Position numbers and translations under genes: made by a program. Below, piece after piece: positions 8,542 to 18,016 of a stretch of 64,000 bases of DNA. The notes below the pieces were generated by a model, which was given only the letters and a program-made list of their open reading frames with translations, had not been told where the DNA came from and made no database searches. Source of the DNA: Parcubacteria group bacterium GW2011_GWC1_45_13 (lineage in GTDB: Bacteria; Patescibacteriota; Minisyncoccia; UBA11713; 2-01-FULL-45-33); NCBI GenBank assembly GCA_001001285.1, contig LCKG01000004.1, forward strand, positions 1,957-65,956. The letters run 5' to 3'. The first letter of the stretch is position 1. Every line of letters begins with the position of its first letter.

Positions 8542-10952
8542 AATGCTTGAAGCCGTTTTCTGATTTCTTCCTCCACATCCTCGCGCGGACGGCCATATTT
8601 AGCGCGGGAAAGATTCTTTATATATGCGGCCGCGCTCGCCTCGCCAACTTCCTGTGGGATTGTTTTTATGTTAAACGCCTTGGAAGTCTGCCCGTCTATC
8701 AACAATTTAAGATAGGCGTTGAAATTATCAATGTTCAGCAAATCCTGCGCGGAAAACACTGGTTGAAACTGCTTTTCCATATATTCGGCGTCGTCCGAGC
8801 CGATGCGGAAAGATAAAATTGATCCGACATTTCCAAAAACCGCTTTTTTTATCTCTTCTTCCAATTGCCCGATAAATTGGTGCGCGATTATAAGATTGAG
8901 TTTGTATTTTCTCGCCTCTGACAGAATGGTAGCGATTGATTTTGTCGTAACGTTTTGGAATTCGTCTATATAAAGGTAAAAAGCTCCGCGCTCGGTCTGC
9001 GGCCTGTCTACGCGCGATAGCGCCGCCATTAAAATTTTCCCTACCATAATAAGGCCCAAAAGGCTGGAGTTGAGCTCGCCCAATTTACCCTTGGAAAGAT
9101 TTAAAAGCAAAATTTTCTTTCCGTCCATCACGTCGCGAATATTAAAGGCGGAGCGTTCTTGGGCGATAATTGGGCGCATGATTTCATTGGAAAGAAAAGT
9201 GTCAAATTTGGAGACAACATAAGGCACCATATTAGCGAGCGACTGCTCGCCACCGGCCTTTTCAGCGATTTGCCGCCAAAAAGTTTCCACCACAATATTC
9301 TTACTTCGTGAAAGCTTGTAGTCACGAAATGATTTGTCGGTCAAAACTCTCTCAATCTCTAAAAGCGTATTGCCGCTTTCCGGATCTTCCATTACAAGCA
9401 TCGTTGCGTTTCTAAAATACTGTTCAAACATGGGGCCTCCGGCGATGGACATATTAAAAAGTTTGTTAAAAATTTCAAGAAGTTCGTTGACAATAAGGCT
9501 TTTCTGCTCCGGATACCTAGGATCAAACTCCAGCATGTTTAATCCAATGGGGTGTTTGACGTCCCCTGGGTCGAAATAAATAACGTCTTCCGCGCGCTCC
9601 TTGGGTACCAGAGGCAATATAGACTCAATAAGATCTCCGTGCGGATCAATCACGGCAACACCTTCTCCCCATTGGATATCCTGAATAATCATGTTGTGCA
9701 TAAGACTGGATTTTCCAGTGCCGGTCTGCCCGATTATATAAAAATGGCGTTCTCTGTCCTCGCTTTTAATGCGCACAGTGCGCTCGTCGCCCCTGAAAGA
9801 ACTTATACCCAAAGACAAGCCATCCTTCGGCAAATTTACAGGTGGTGCCGCTTCTCTGGCTTTTAGCGTGCGCACCGTCGGTGCCGCCCTTTTGGAATAA
9901 GGCAGATGATAAATACTCACGATTTCTTCCACATTCAAATTTAAAACGCGGTTTTCGTCAAATAACCTAAATGAAAAATACTCAACCAATTTTCGCAGCG
10001 CCTTCCCGCCGAGCTCTTTTATTTTAAATTCACTGCCTTCCGGATTTGTAAATTGAAAAAAACTTGCTCCCAAATCTTTAAGCAAAGCGTCGGCTCGCTC
10101 CGTGGAAGCGGCGGATGTAAGAATGCGTACGTTGCATTCAAACATGGTTTTGCTTGCTTTCTCGTCCAAAAGCTTGGCAAACTCCTCATCATAAACTGAT
10201 TTTTGGTCTTTGGACTTTTTCTTGCCGAAAAAAATATCCCAAAACACGCTCCAAAACCCAGTTTCACCCAAAACTTCTTTACGGGAGACCCCCTCTTTTA
10301 ATTTTTGCGCAGCGAGATGTGCCCGTTTTTTCGTGTTCTCGCCGCCAAATCTTAAAACGATCTGTAAAGCCGCCCCCTCGCCATATTCTTTGATTTTAGA
10401 AAATGCGGAAGTTATTGTTTCCAAAGGGTCGGCCGCAAGCTTTTGGTAAGTTTTTATCGGTAAAATTTCGGATCCGGAGCGCAAAACCAAAGCGCCGGCA
10501 GTCGCACCCTCAACATTAAAAATATTGTAGTCCGGCGTCCTTTCTATTTTGGCTTCGGGAAAAGCGCCATGAAGCTGATTTTGAAGCAGAGATTCGTAAA
10601 TTTTTGGGAACGCAATGTAGAAAAAAATCTCATTCCCGCGGTTGTGCAATGCGATTTCCAAAGCGAAAGAAGGATTGCCCCATAATTTTTCTTTCAACCC
10701 CTTTCTTCGAAAAGTCGCCAGGCCGCTCAAAAATTGTTCCATCTGCATAATGAAATTTTTCAGAGCTTGGAATTCGTCGCCTTGCTGGGCCTTAGCGATT
10801 TCCGGCGAACTGATTAAATAAAGCGCAAGGCTTAGGCCAGAGCTTACGTCGCGCAGTTTTTTATTTTTTTGGTAAGAAGAAAAAAGTAAAAACCAAAAAA
10901 TCAAGGCGAGGACTATCGGTAAAACGATATAGAAAAAAGTGAAAGAATTCAT
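8538..10952 (-). CDS. VirD4/TraG-HerA-like membrane-anchored ATPase
   Basis: N-terminal TM, Walker A GQTGTGKS, IDPHGD, LYIDEFQ and SEARKY motifs. Confidence 0.88.
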   Translation of the reverse strand: MNSFTFFYIVLPIVLALIFWFLLFSSYQKNKKLRDVSSGLSLALYLISSPEIAKAQQGDEFQALKNFIMQMEQFLSGLATFRRKGLKEKLWGNPSFALEIALHNRGNEIFFYIAFPKIYESLLQNQLHGAFPEAKIERTPDYNIFNVEGATAGALVLRSGSEILPIKTYQKLAADPLETITSAFSKIKEYGEGAALQIVLRFGGENTKKRAHLAAQKLKEGVSRKEVLGETGFWSVFWDIFFGKKKSKDQKSVYDEEFAKLLDEKASKTMFECNVRILTSAASTERADALLKDLGASFFQFTNPEGSEFKIKELGGKALRKLVEYFSFRLFDENRVLNLNVEEIVSIYHLPYSKRAAPTVRTLKAREAAPPVNLPKDGLSLGISSFRGDERTVRIKSEDRERHFYIIGQTGTGKSSLMHNMIIQDIQWGEGVAVIDPHGDLIESILPLVPKERAEDVIYFDPGDVKHPIGLNMLEFDPRYPEQKSLIVNELLEIFNKLFNMSIAGGPMFEQYFRNATMLVMEDPESGNTLLEIERVLTDKSFRDYKLSRSKNIVVETFWRQIAEKAGGEQSLANMVPYVVSKFDTFLSNEIMRPIIAQERSAFNIRDVMDGKKILLLNLSKGKLGELNSSLLGLIMVGKILMAALSRVDRPQTERGAFYLYIDEFQNVTTKSIATILSEARKYKLNLIIAHQFIGQLEEEIKKAVFGNVGSILSFRIGSDDAEYMEKQFQPVFSAQDLLNIDNFNAYLKLLIDGQTSKAFNIKTIPQEVGEASAAAYIKNLSRAKYGRPREDVEEEIRKRLQAL

Positions 10953-11344
10953 GCTTTAAGTTTTCTAGCCGCAAGCAGTTTTTCGTAATATTTATCGGCC
11001 AGTGCATCGTGAAATTCATCCAATAGATGCGGATTTTTTAAGTGATTCGCGGCTTTAACGGCAATAGCCAGTCCTTGGGCAAACGCCAGACCTATCAACC
11101 TTTCTACAATTTGCTGGTGCTCTTTTTCTTTTAGAGCGTAAGCCGCCTTTTGGGCGGTGTCATCCGAAACAGCAAGGAGTCCGCCGATAGGCATAGACGT
11201 TTTTCCAAGAGAAACGTCTATTATGACTTCCCGCACCATTTCTTTTTCTGGCTTTTCCGCGCCACCAGTGGCCAGCTCTTTCTTTTTGGCCTCCAGCCGC
11301 TCTTCCAGCCATTTTATTTCTTCATGAACAGCTTCCTGAAGCAT
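10949..11344 (-). CDS. Hypothetical protein
   Basis: 131 aa ORF whose stop overlaps the ATPase start. Confidence 0.75.
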   Translation of the reverse strand: MLQEAVHEEIKWLEERLEAKKKELATGGAEKPEKEMVREVIIDVSLGKTSMPIGGLLAVSDDTAQKAAYALKEKEHQQIVERLIGLAFAQGLAIAVKAANHLKNPHLLDEFHDALADKYYEKLLAARKLKA

Positions 11345-11374
11345 GTATTTATAATAACATGCTATAATTAAATT

Positions 11375-12910
11375 ATGAAAAATTCTGCTTACTGGCTGAT
11401 TGTAATTATTTTAATTGCCGTTTTTTTGAGATTTTGGGATTTAAAAAATACTCCGCCCGGGTTTTGGTTGGATGAGGCTATGAACGGAACCAATGCTATC
11501 CAGGCTATAGAGATTAGTGGCTGGAAGGTGTTTTACCAGGAAAATTTCGGGAGAGAGGGATTATTTATAAATATCCAAGCGTTATTTGTAAAAACTTTTG
11601 GCCACGAGCCATGGGTTTTGCGCTTGCCTTCGGTGATTTTCGGCTTATTAACGGTCTTGGGACTTTATTTTTTGACAAAAGAACTGTTTTCTGGGCGTGT
11701 TTCGCTTTTCGCGTCTTTTTTTCTGGCAACTTCGTTCTGGCACATTAATTTTTCACGAATCGGGTTCCGCGCGATAATGGCTCCGTTTTTTTTGGTTTGG
11801 GCGTTTTATTTTTTATTTTTAGGAATGCGGAAGCAAAAAGAATGGATTTTCACCTCAGCCGGATTTACTTTCGGCCTCGGCTTTCACACTTATATTGCCT
11901 ATCGCGCCGCGCCCATAATCGCGTTTTTGCCTTTTTGGAGTTTTTATAAATCATGGCGAGAGGACACCGGACGTCCACTTGGACGTCCGGTGTCCAAGCA
12001 CTGCGCTCCATGCTTAATTGGCCTTTTTATTTTCATGGCGTTTTTAGCGGCATTGCCATTGCTCTGGTATTACGCCCAAAACCCTGCTGATTTCCTAGGC
12101 AGGACCTCGGCAATATCAGTATTTAAATCTTCAAATCCGCTTGGCCAATTTTCAGAAAATTTGGTAAAAACTTTGGGAATGTTTAATTTCGCCGGAGATT
12201 TCAATTGGCGGCACAATTTAGCAGGTTCGCCCCAGCTTTGGTGGCCCGTGGGAATTTTATTTTTGATAGGGATTTTTGGAGCATTGCGCTCGAGTGTTTT
12301 CCCGCGCAATGCTTATAATTTTATTTTGCTGTGGTTCATTGTCATGATTCTTCCCGTCGCGTTTTCAAATGAATCTCTGCCTCACGCGCTTCGCGCCATT
12401 GTTTTAATACCGCCAGCTATGATTTTCGCCGCTTTGGGGCTGGACTGGCTTTGGAGAAATGTCAGGCCGCGGCTTAGGATTTTTATTTATATTTTTTTAG
12501 TCACCGCCGCGATTCAGGCATACAGCCAGTATTTTCTCCGCTGGGCGCCAAACTTTAATGTTTATCAAGCCTTCCATACTGACATTACGGAAAAGGCGCG
12601 TTGGCTCAACAAACAACCAAATGATATTAAAAAATACGTCATAACTGACGCGGTTGATCGGGTAGACACAACCGGAACGCCCATGTCATTTCAGCCAATA
12701 ATTTTTATTACTGATACTGCCACGCCGGCAAAACAGACAAGGAAAAACATCTATTATGCTTCTCTGCAAAATATTTCTTCAGCAAATTGTTCCCAAAAAT
12801 GCCTTTTCGTGCCCGTTGAATACCAACCTTCCATTTTTAAAATTATCAAACAAAAAATCCCGGGTTTGCGTCTAGACGCCTCTTCGGGATTTGTGGTTTT
12901 GAAAAAATGA
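11375..12910 (+). CDS. GT-C fold (ArnT/PMT-like) glycosyltransferase
   Basis: Multi-TM protein; LRFW..DE motif in the first loop; RLPS. Confidence 0.88.
   Translation: MKNSAYWLIVIILIAVFLRFWDLKNTPPGFWLDEAMNGTNAIQAIEISGWKVFYQENFGREGLFINIQALFVKTFGHEPWVLRLPSVIFGLLTVLGLYFLTKELFSGRVSLFASFFLATSFWHINFSRIGFRAIMAPFFLVWAFYFLFLGMRKQKEWIFTSAGFTFGLGFHTYIAYRAAPIIAFLPFWSFYKSWREDTGRPLGRPVSKHCAPCLIGLFIFMAFLAALPLLWYYAQNPADFLGRTSAISVFKSSNPLGQFSENLVKTLGMFNFAGDFNWRHNLAGSPQLWWPVGILFLIGIFGALRSSVFPRNAYNFILLWFIVMILPVAFSNESLPHALRAIVLIPPAMIFAALGLDWLWRNVRPRLRIFIYIFLVTAAIQAYSQYFLRWAPNFNVYQAFHTDITEKARWLNKQPNDIKKYVITDAVDRVDTTGTPMSFQPIIFITDTATPAKQTRKNIYYASLQNISSANCSQKCLFVPVEYQPSIFKIIKQKIPGLRLDASSGFVVLKK
11962..11998. repeat. 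Family A-derived compound palindrome inside glycosyltransferase
   Basis: GGACACCGGACGTCCA-CT-TGGACGTCCGGTGTCC (16-bp arms). 11978-11998 differs from CTTGGACGTCCGACGTCCAAG at 2 positions; reads DTGRPLGRPVSK. Confidence 0.85.
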
Positions 12911-12918
12911 TAAAATAA

Positions 12919-14610
12919 ATGGATAAATATGCAAATATTTTAGCAATTTTGATGCTCGTAGCCATGTTCGGGCTGATGCTTGGGTCAAGCCGGAATGATT
13001 CGGCGATTTTTGATGAAGTGGCACATATTGGGGCCGGATACACGTATTTGAAATATTGGGACGGACGGCTAAATCCGGAGCACCCGCCGTTTTTGAAAAG
13101 TTTGGCCGCGTTGCCGCTCTTATTTTTGAATTTGAAAGGAGATGCCACATTGCAGCCATTCTGGACAATAGAAAACGTGAACGACCGCCAATGGCTTGCC
13201 GGTAACTACCTTCTCTATGAGGCTGGCAACGACGCAGACCAAATTCTTTTCTGGTCGCGGCTGCCCATAATTTTGCTAACGATGCTTTTTGGATGGATTT
13301 TGTTTTTGTGGGTGAAAAGGCGCTATGGCGTGGGAGTGGGGTTGCTTACCTTATTTTTCTTTACCGTCTCCCCTACTTTTTTGGCGCACGGAAGATACGT
13401 AACAACTGATGTCGGCGCCGCATTCGGATTTTTTATCGGAATCGTTTTTTTTCTAAAGTTTCTAGAAAGGTTGGATTTTAAATCAGTGATTTGGCTTGGT
13501 ATAGTTTTGGGGATTGTCTTGCTTCTTAAATTTTCGCTTATTTTATTGCTTCCGGTTTATTTGATTTCTGGAGTGTTTTGGTTGTTTTTTGGCAGAGTGA
13601 AAGTTGGGAAGGTGGTGGGGTTACTCTCCTTCTTGGGGACACTTGCTTTCTCCGGTCTCATCGCTCTCGCAGTCATCTATGCCGCTTACATACCACAAAT
13701 CTGGAATTACCCGCGCGAGCAACAAATAAAAGACGCGCGCTATATTCTTGCCGGCTATAAATATCCTTCTTTGGAAAAATTGGATTTTTGGCTTACGGAG
13801 CACGAGTCAACGCGACCATTGGGTCTCTACGCTCAAGGGTTTTTGATGGTTGCGCGGCGCACCGCCGGCGGGAATACGGCTTACTTTATGGGCGAGGTTT
13901 CATCAAAAGGCTGGCGGTTGTATTTCCCAACTCTTGCGTTATTCAAAGAACAGCTTGGTTTTTATATTTTGGCGCTTCTGGCACTTTTATGGGCGCTTAA
14001 AAATAGGGCGAGGTTAGATTTTACCGGTTTATCCGCGATAATTTTTATAGTTTTTTATTGGGTTAGCTCAATTTTAAACCCATTAAATATAGGTGTCCGG
14101 CATGTTTTGCCGACTTTCCCGTTTCTTTATTTGCTTGTTGCGCTGGTAGTTGTGAGCTTTAAACGGCGTATTTTTACGACTCTCATAATTATTTGGATGA
14201 TTGCGGAAATTATTTTTGCCTTTCCATTTTATCTGTCTTATTACAACAAGCTGGGCGGAGGATCGCAAACTGGATATAAAATCGCCACAGACTCAAATTA
14301 CGACTGGGGGCAAGATTTGAAACGGCTTCGCGATTGGGTTTCCGAAAACAGCGTCCAAAAAATTTATCTGGATTATTTCGGCGGAGGCTCTCCAAAATAT
14401 TATTTAGGAGAGAAATATGAAAGCTGGTGGTCCGCAAAAGGCGCTCCGCCGGCCGGTTCCTATTTTGCCGTATCGCTTAATTCTCTAGCTGGCAACCAAG
14501 CAAAAGCAATTGGCGACATAGTTATCAAACCGGAAGATTCCTACTCTTGGCTCAAAGGCAAAACTTCCTTTGCACGCTCCGGAAGTTCAATTTTAATTTA
14601 TCGCTTTTAA
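12919..14610 (+). CDS. GT-C fold glycosyltransferase
   Basis: Multi-TM protein; FDE..H, NPEHPP, TTD and DSNYDWGQD motifs. Confidence 0.88.
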   Translation: MDKYANILAILMLVAMFGLMLGSSRNDSAIFDEVAHIGAGYTYLKYWDGRLNPEHPPFLKSLAALPLLFLNLKGDATLQPFWTIENVNDRQWLAGNYLLYEAGNDADQILFWSRLPIILLTMLFGWILFLWVKRRYGVGVGLLTLFFFTVSPTFLAHGRYVTTDVGAAFGFFIGIVFFLKFLERLDFKSVIWLGIVLGIVLLLKFSLILLLPVYLISGVFWLFFGRVKVGKVVGLLSFLGTLAFSGLIALAVIYAAYIPQIWNYPREQQIKDARYILAGYKYPSLEKLDFWLTEHESTRPLGLYAQGFLMVARRTAGGNTAYFMGEVSSKGWRLYFPTLALFKEQLGFYILALLALLWALKNRARLDFTGLSAIIFIVFYWVSSILNPLNIGVRHVLPTFPFLYLLVALVVVSFKRRIFTTLIIIWMIAEIIFAFPFYLSYYNKLGGGSQTGYKIATDSNYDWGQDLKRLRDWVSENSVQKIYLDYFGGGSPKYYLGEKYESWWSAKGAPPAGSYFAVSLNSLAGNQAKAIGDIVIKPEDSYSWLKGKTSFARSGSSILIYRF

Positions 14611-15375
14611 TTTATAGAACGCTTTATCGGGGAAGCGCAAATCTATATATTCCAGCCGCGGTCGGTAGTCGGCTATTTTTTGCGAAAGAAGCAATTGCAA
14701 ATCTTTAGAAACGCTGTCGGCAGACAAATCCGATGAGGTTAAAATATACCATCCTTCTTTTGTAAATATTTTAACATCTTTGTTCCCAAAAACATCTATT
14801 TGGAACGGTGCGATATTTAAATTTTTTAAAGAAACTAGGAACTTTCCCAAAAACTGGGTTTGCGGTTCCGAAAGAATTTGGTCGCCTATTTTTGCGGAGT
14901 TTTGTCCGGAAACCGCCAACTCCGGCAACGGGCTTTCGCTGAAACGCGGGGCGCGTCCGCCCAAAACGCCGGCGGCGTTAACGTAAAAGCAAGTGCTTTT
15001 ATCTTGGCAGAAAATAAAAAGCGAAGGCGTTGAAATAAAACGGATTAAGAGCGCGTTGGGGATTTGCTTGTTTACTTCCGGCAAATCAAAACCTTTCTCT
15101 TTCAAAATTTGCTCGATATTATCGATATTCAGTAGGAAAAAATTATTTCGCGGTAAAAAAAATTTATTCAAAGAAGATAAATAATCGGCTAAAGCGATTT
15201 TTACGTTACTTGCATCAGCGTAGCCTTCTATTTTCATATTTACCACTCGCAAATACGGTATCCAAAAAAAAACCCATGCAATAATCAAAATTAACAGCAA
15301 CCCACCGCCAAGAATAACAGCTTTGCCAATCAATTGCCGCCTCCTTCTTTTTTTATAATAATCCGCGAGCTCCAT
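14593..15375 (-). CDS. FtsQ/DivIB-like cell division protein
   Basis: Basic N-terminus, single TM, C-terminal EYIDLRF. Confidence 0.75.
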   Translation of the reverse strand: MELADYYKKRRRRQLIGKAVILGGGLLLILIIAWVFFWIPYLRVVNMKIEGYADASNVKIALADYLSSLNKFFLPRNNFFLLNIDNIEQILKEKGFDLPEVNKQIPNALLIRFISTPSLFIFCQDKSTCFYVNAAGVLGGRAPRFSESPLPELAVSGQNSAKIGDQILSEPQTQFLGKFLVSLKNLNIAPFQIDVFGNKDVKIFTKEGWYILTSSDLSADSVSKDLQLLLSQKIADYRPRLEYIDLRFPDKAFYKLKAIN

Positions 15376-15378
15376 TTT

Positions 15379-16623
15379 TCATATTAACTCTTTTCCCAAA
15401 TACTTTTGGAGCGCTACGGGGATTTTTATGGAGCCGTTGGGCTCTTGGTGATTTTCCAAAAGCGCTTCCAAAATTCTGGGAGTAGCAATGGCTGTGTTGT
15501 TTAATGAGTGCACGAAACGGAGCTTTCCATCAACATCGCGGTATTTAATATTTAACCGCCTTGTCTGAAAATCATGAAAATAAGAAGCCGAATGCGTTTC
15601 GCGGTATCTTTTTTCCGAAGGAATCCACGCCTCTAGGTCATATTTTTTTACTTGCCCCAAGCCGAGGTCACCTCCGCAATTTACTACAATACGGTAAGGA
15701 ATTCCCAAAGCTTGCATGATTTCTTCCGAATTTTTCGTAAGCTCTTCGTGCCATTTTACAGATTCTTGATGATCTGCTCTGCATAAAACAATTTGCTCAA
15801 CTTTAAAAAATTCATGCACCCTAAAAATCCCTTTTTGGTCCTTGCCGTAACTTCCAGCTTCGCGCCTGAAGCAGGAAGAAAACGCAACATATTTTTTGGG
15901 CAGCTCTTCTTCTTTTAAAATTTCGTCTCTATGATAACCCATCATAGGGATTTCGGCTGTGCCCGAAAGATAAATGTCGTCTCGCGTTTTTTCGTCGGAT
16001 GCCGATCCGCCTTTGGCGGAATAAACATCCTCTTCCGCTTGCGGAAACCATCCAGTTCCTACTAAGTTTTCTCTTCTTACAAGGGCGGGGGACAAAAAAG
16101 ACGTGAACCCTTTTTTAGCCACGAAATCCAGCGCAAATTGCCAAAGCGCTACGGATAAGAGCGCGGCGTCTCCTTTTAAAAAATATCCCCGGAAACCTGA
16201 GACTTTCGCTCCGCGCTCGAGATCCAGCATATCGCTGGACTGCATCAGATTTAAATAATTTTTCCCGTGCTCAACTTTTATCTTCCCCCACTTTCTTATT
16301 TCTTGATTCTCCACGTCTGATTCCCCTTCCGGAACTGACGGATCGGGGACGTTCGGCACTTGAAGCATCAACTCTTCAAATTCTTTTTCCACGGCGGAGA
16401 GTTCAAATTCTTTTTGCGAAAGCGCGTTTTTTGACACCCTAGCTTCTTCGGAAGCGTCGGTGAATTTTTTATGCTCTTGACGCAGCTTATCAACTTCATG
16501 GGTCAACGCGCGCCGTTTTTCATCAATTGCCAAAAGCCGGTCAATATCAACTTTCACGCATTTTTTTCTCGCGGCCTCTTTTATTAAATCCTTATTTTCC
16601 CTTATGAATTTTATGTCCAGCAT
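15379..16623 (-). CDS. serS: Serine-tRNA ligase
   Basis: MLDIKFIR, GTAE, FRREAG, RVHEF.KVEQ and LNNT motifs. Confidence 0.97.
   Translation of the reverse strand: MLDIKFIRENKDLIKEAARKKCVKVDIDRLLAIDEKRRALTHEVDKLRQEHKKFTDASEEARVSKNALSQKEFELSAVEKEFEELMLQVPNVPDPSVPEGESDVENQEIRKWGKIKVEHGKNYLNLMQSSDMLDLERGAKVSGFRGYFLKGDAALLSVALWQFALDFVAKKGFTSFLSPALVRRENLVGTGWFPQAEEDVYSAKGGSASDEKTRDDIYLSGTAEIPMMGYHRDEILKEEELPKKYVAFSSCFRREAGSYGKDQKGIFRVHEFFKVEQIVLCRADHQESVKWHEELTKNSEEIMQALGIPYRIVVNCGGDLGLGQVKKYDLEAWIPSEKRYRETHSASYFHDFQTRRLNIKYRDVDGKLRFVHSLNNTAIATPRILEALLENHQEPNGSIKIPVALQKYLGKELI
15991..16020. repeat. Family D 30-nt double-hairpin insert in serS
   Basis: Contains TCCGCC-TTT-GGCGGA and adds SAKGGSASDE; removal restores EDVYKTRDDIYLSGTAE. 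Confidence 0.85.
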
Positions 16624-16645
16624 AAATTGATTTTAACATATTATT

Positions 16646-16720
16646 TGCCCCCGCCGGGATTTGAACCCGGGTTACATGGATGAGAACCATGCGTCCTAGA
16701 CCAGACTAGACGACAGGGGC
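16646..16720 (-). tRNA. tRNA-Glu(CTC)
   Basis: Acceptor GCCCCTG/CGGGGGC, anticodon arm CATGG-TTCTCAT-CCATG and GGTTCAAATCC. Confidence 0.93.
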
Positions 16721-16739
16721 CTGTCTGCGCAGGCAGGCC
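16718..16739. repeat. Short family B-like palindrome between murF and tRNA-Glu
   Basis: GGCCTGTCTGCGCAGGCAGGCC. Confidence 0.65.
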
Positions 16740-18016
16740 TATTTTTTATTCTTCCAATATTCGTCCTGTCTGGCAAGTATATTTTGGGCTTCTTCAGGAT
16801 GAGCCATAAGTTCTTCTGTAATCAGCTCCATGCGCATGGACTGCGATCCTTTAACCAAAATTAGGTCGCCTTCTCGAATGATTGATTTTAAATGAGACGC
16901 AGCTTCTTGGGAAGTTGAAAAATTTATTACTTTAGACTTATTCATTTCTTGAGCGATAGCTTCTTCTGCGGCGAAGCGCGAGCGCGGACCGACTGCGACA
17001 AAATAATCCGCGATTTTAGCGATTTTTTTCCCTGCTGCTTGATGGGCCAAGATAGTAAATTTACCGATTTCAAGCATATCGCCGAAAGCGACAATTTTTC
17101 TCTCCGCATCTAATTCTTTTAACGTATCCAGAGCTGCCTCCGTGGCCAAGGGAGAGGCGTTATATGAATCGTCAAGAATCAGACTATTTTTAATTCCCGG
17201 AAGTAGTCTCAATCTGCCGGGAGGCGCGTGATACCTTGAAAGTGCCTCTGAAATTTCTATAAGGTTCATCTCAAAAATTATTCCTACCGCCGTCGCGGAC
17301 AACGCGGCGTACACAAAATGTTTTCCAAAAACATTTTTTAAGCGCACAGGCACCGAAGAGCCCTTATAGTCCATTTTAAAAGAAATGCCTTCTTTGGAAA
17401 TTTTATAATTGGAAGCCAAAATATCCGCGCCGTTTCCGAAACCGAAACCAATCACACTTGCGTTGGTTTTTAATTTTTCTCCCAAAGCAGACATGCTCCA
17501 AACTGTTTCATCGTCAAAATTCAAAATAGCCCAGTTGTCGGATGATAGATTTTTTACAAGCTTGGATTTTTCGCGTGTTACTTCCTCCGGCCCAGAAAAA
17601 AATTCAACATGCACTGGAATCTCTCCCACAGCCGTAACTATTCCGATGTCCGGACGCACAATTTTAAGTAATTTATCAAAATCGCGCGGCCGGTCAACCC
17701 CCATCTCCAAAACCAGTATTTTTGGGAAGTTCTTATTAAAAATTTCTTCAAACCCATAAATTATATTTTTAATCCATCCTATCGGACTATTCCAAGCGGT
17801 TTTTAGACCTAAAACGGCCAAAGCCATGCCCAATTCGCTGTTGTAGCTTTTAATACTTTCTCTGATATTAAACCTGCTTTCCAAGACCGCGGCCACAGCT
17901 TCTTTAGCGGACGATTTGCCAACGGACCCGGTTATGCCTATGATTCGAGGCTGGTAGCGTCTTAGCGCAATTTTAGCTTCTAAAGCGAGAATTTTTGTTA
18001 CAATTGTTTTTATCAT
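16739..18016 (-). CDS. murF: UDP-MurNAc-tripeptide D-Ala-D-Ala ligase
   Basis: GITGSVGKSS, LEMG, DDSYNASP, GDMLEIG and LVKGS motifs. Confidence 0.93.
   Translation of the reverse strand: MIKTIVTKILALEAKIALRRYQPRIIGITGSVGKSSAKEAVAAVLESRFNIRESIKSYNSELGMALAVLGLKTAWNSPIGWIKNIIYGFEEIFNKNFPKILVLEMGVDRPRDFDKLLKIVRPDIGIVTAVGEIPVHVEFFSGPEEVTREKSKLVKNLSSDNWAILNFDDETVWSMSALGEKLKTNASVIGFGFGNGADILASNYKISKEGISFKMDYKGSSVPVRLKNVFGKHFVYAALSATAVGIIFEMNLIEISEALSRYHAPPGRLRLLPGIKNSLILDDSYNASPLATEAALDTLKELDAERKIVAFGDMLEIGKFTILAHQAAGKKIAKIADYFVAVGPRSRFAAEEAIAQEMNKSKVINFSTSQEAASHLKSIIREGDLILVKGSQSMRMELITEELMAHPEEAQNILARQDEYWKNKK

Noticed and set aside
8538-10952. Conjugative element around the VirD4-like ATPase
   Set aside because: No relaxase, VirB genes or element boundaries; it sits among housekeeping genes.
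17478-17492. Degenerate family D insert in murF (SALGE)
   Set aside because: Too diverged from the hairpin consensus to distinguish from chance.
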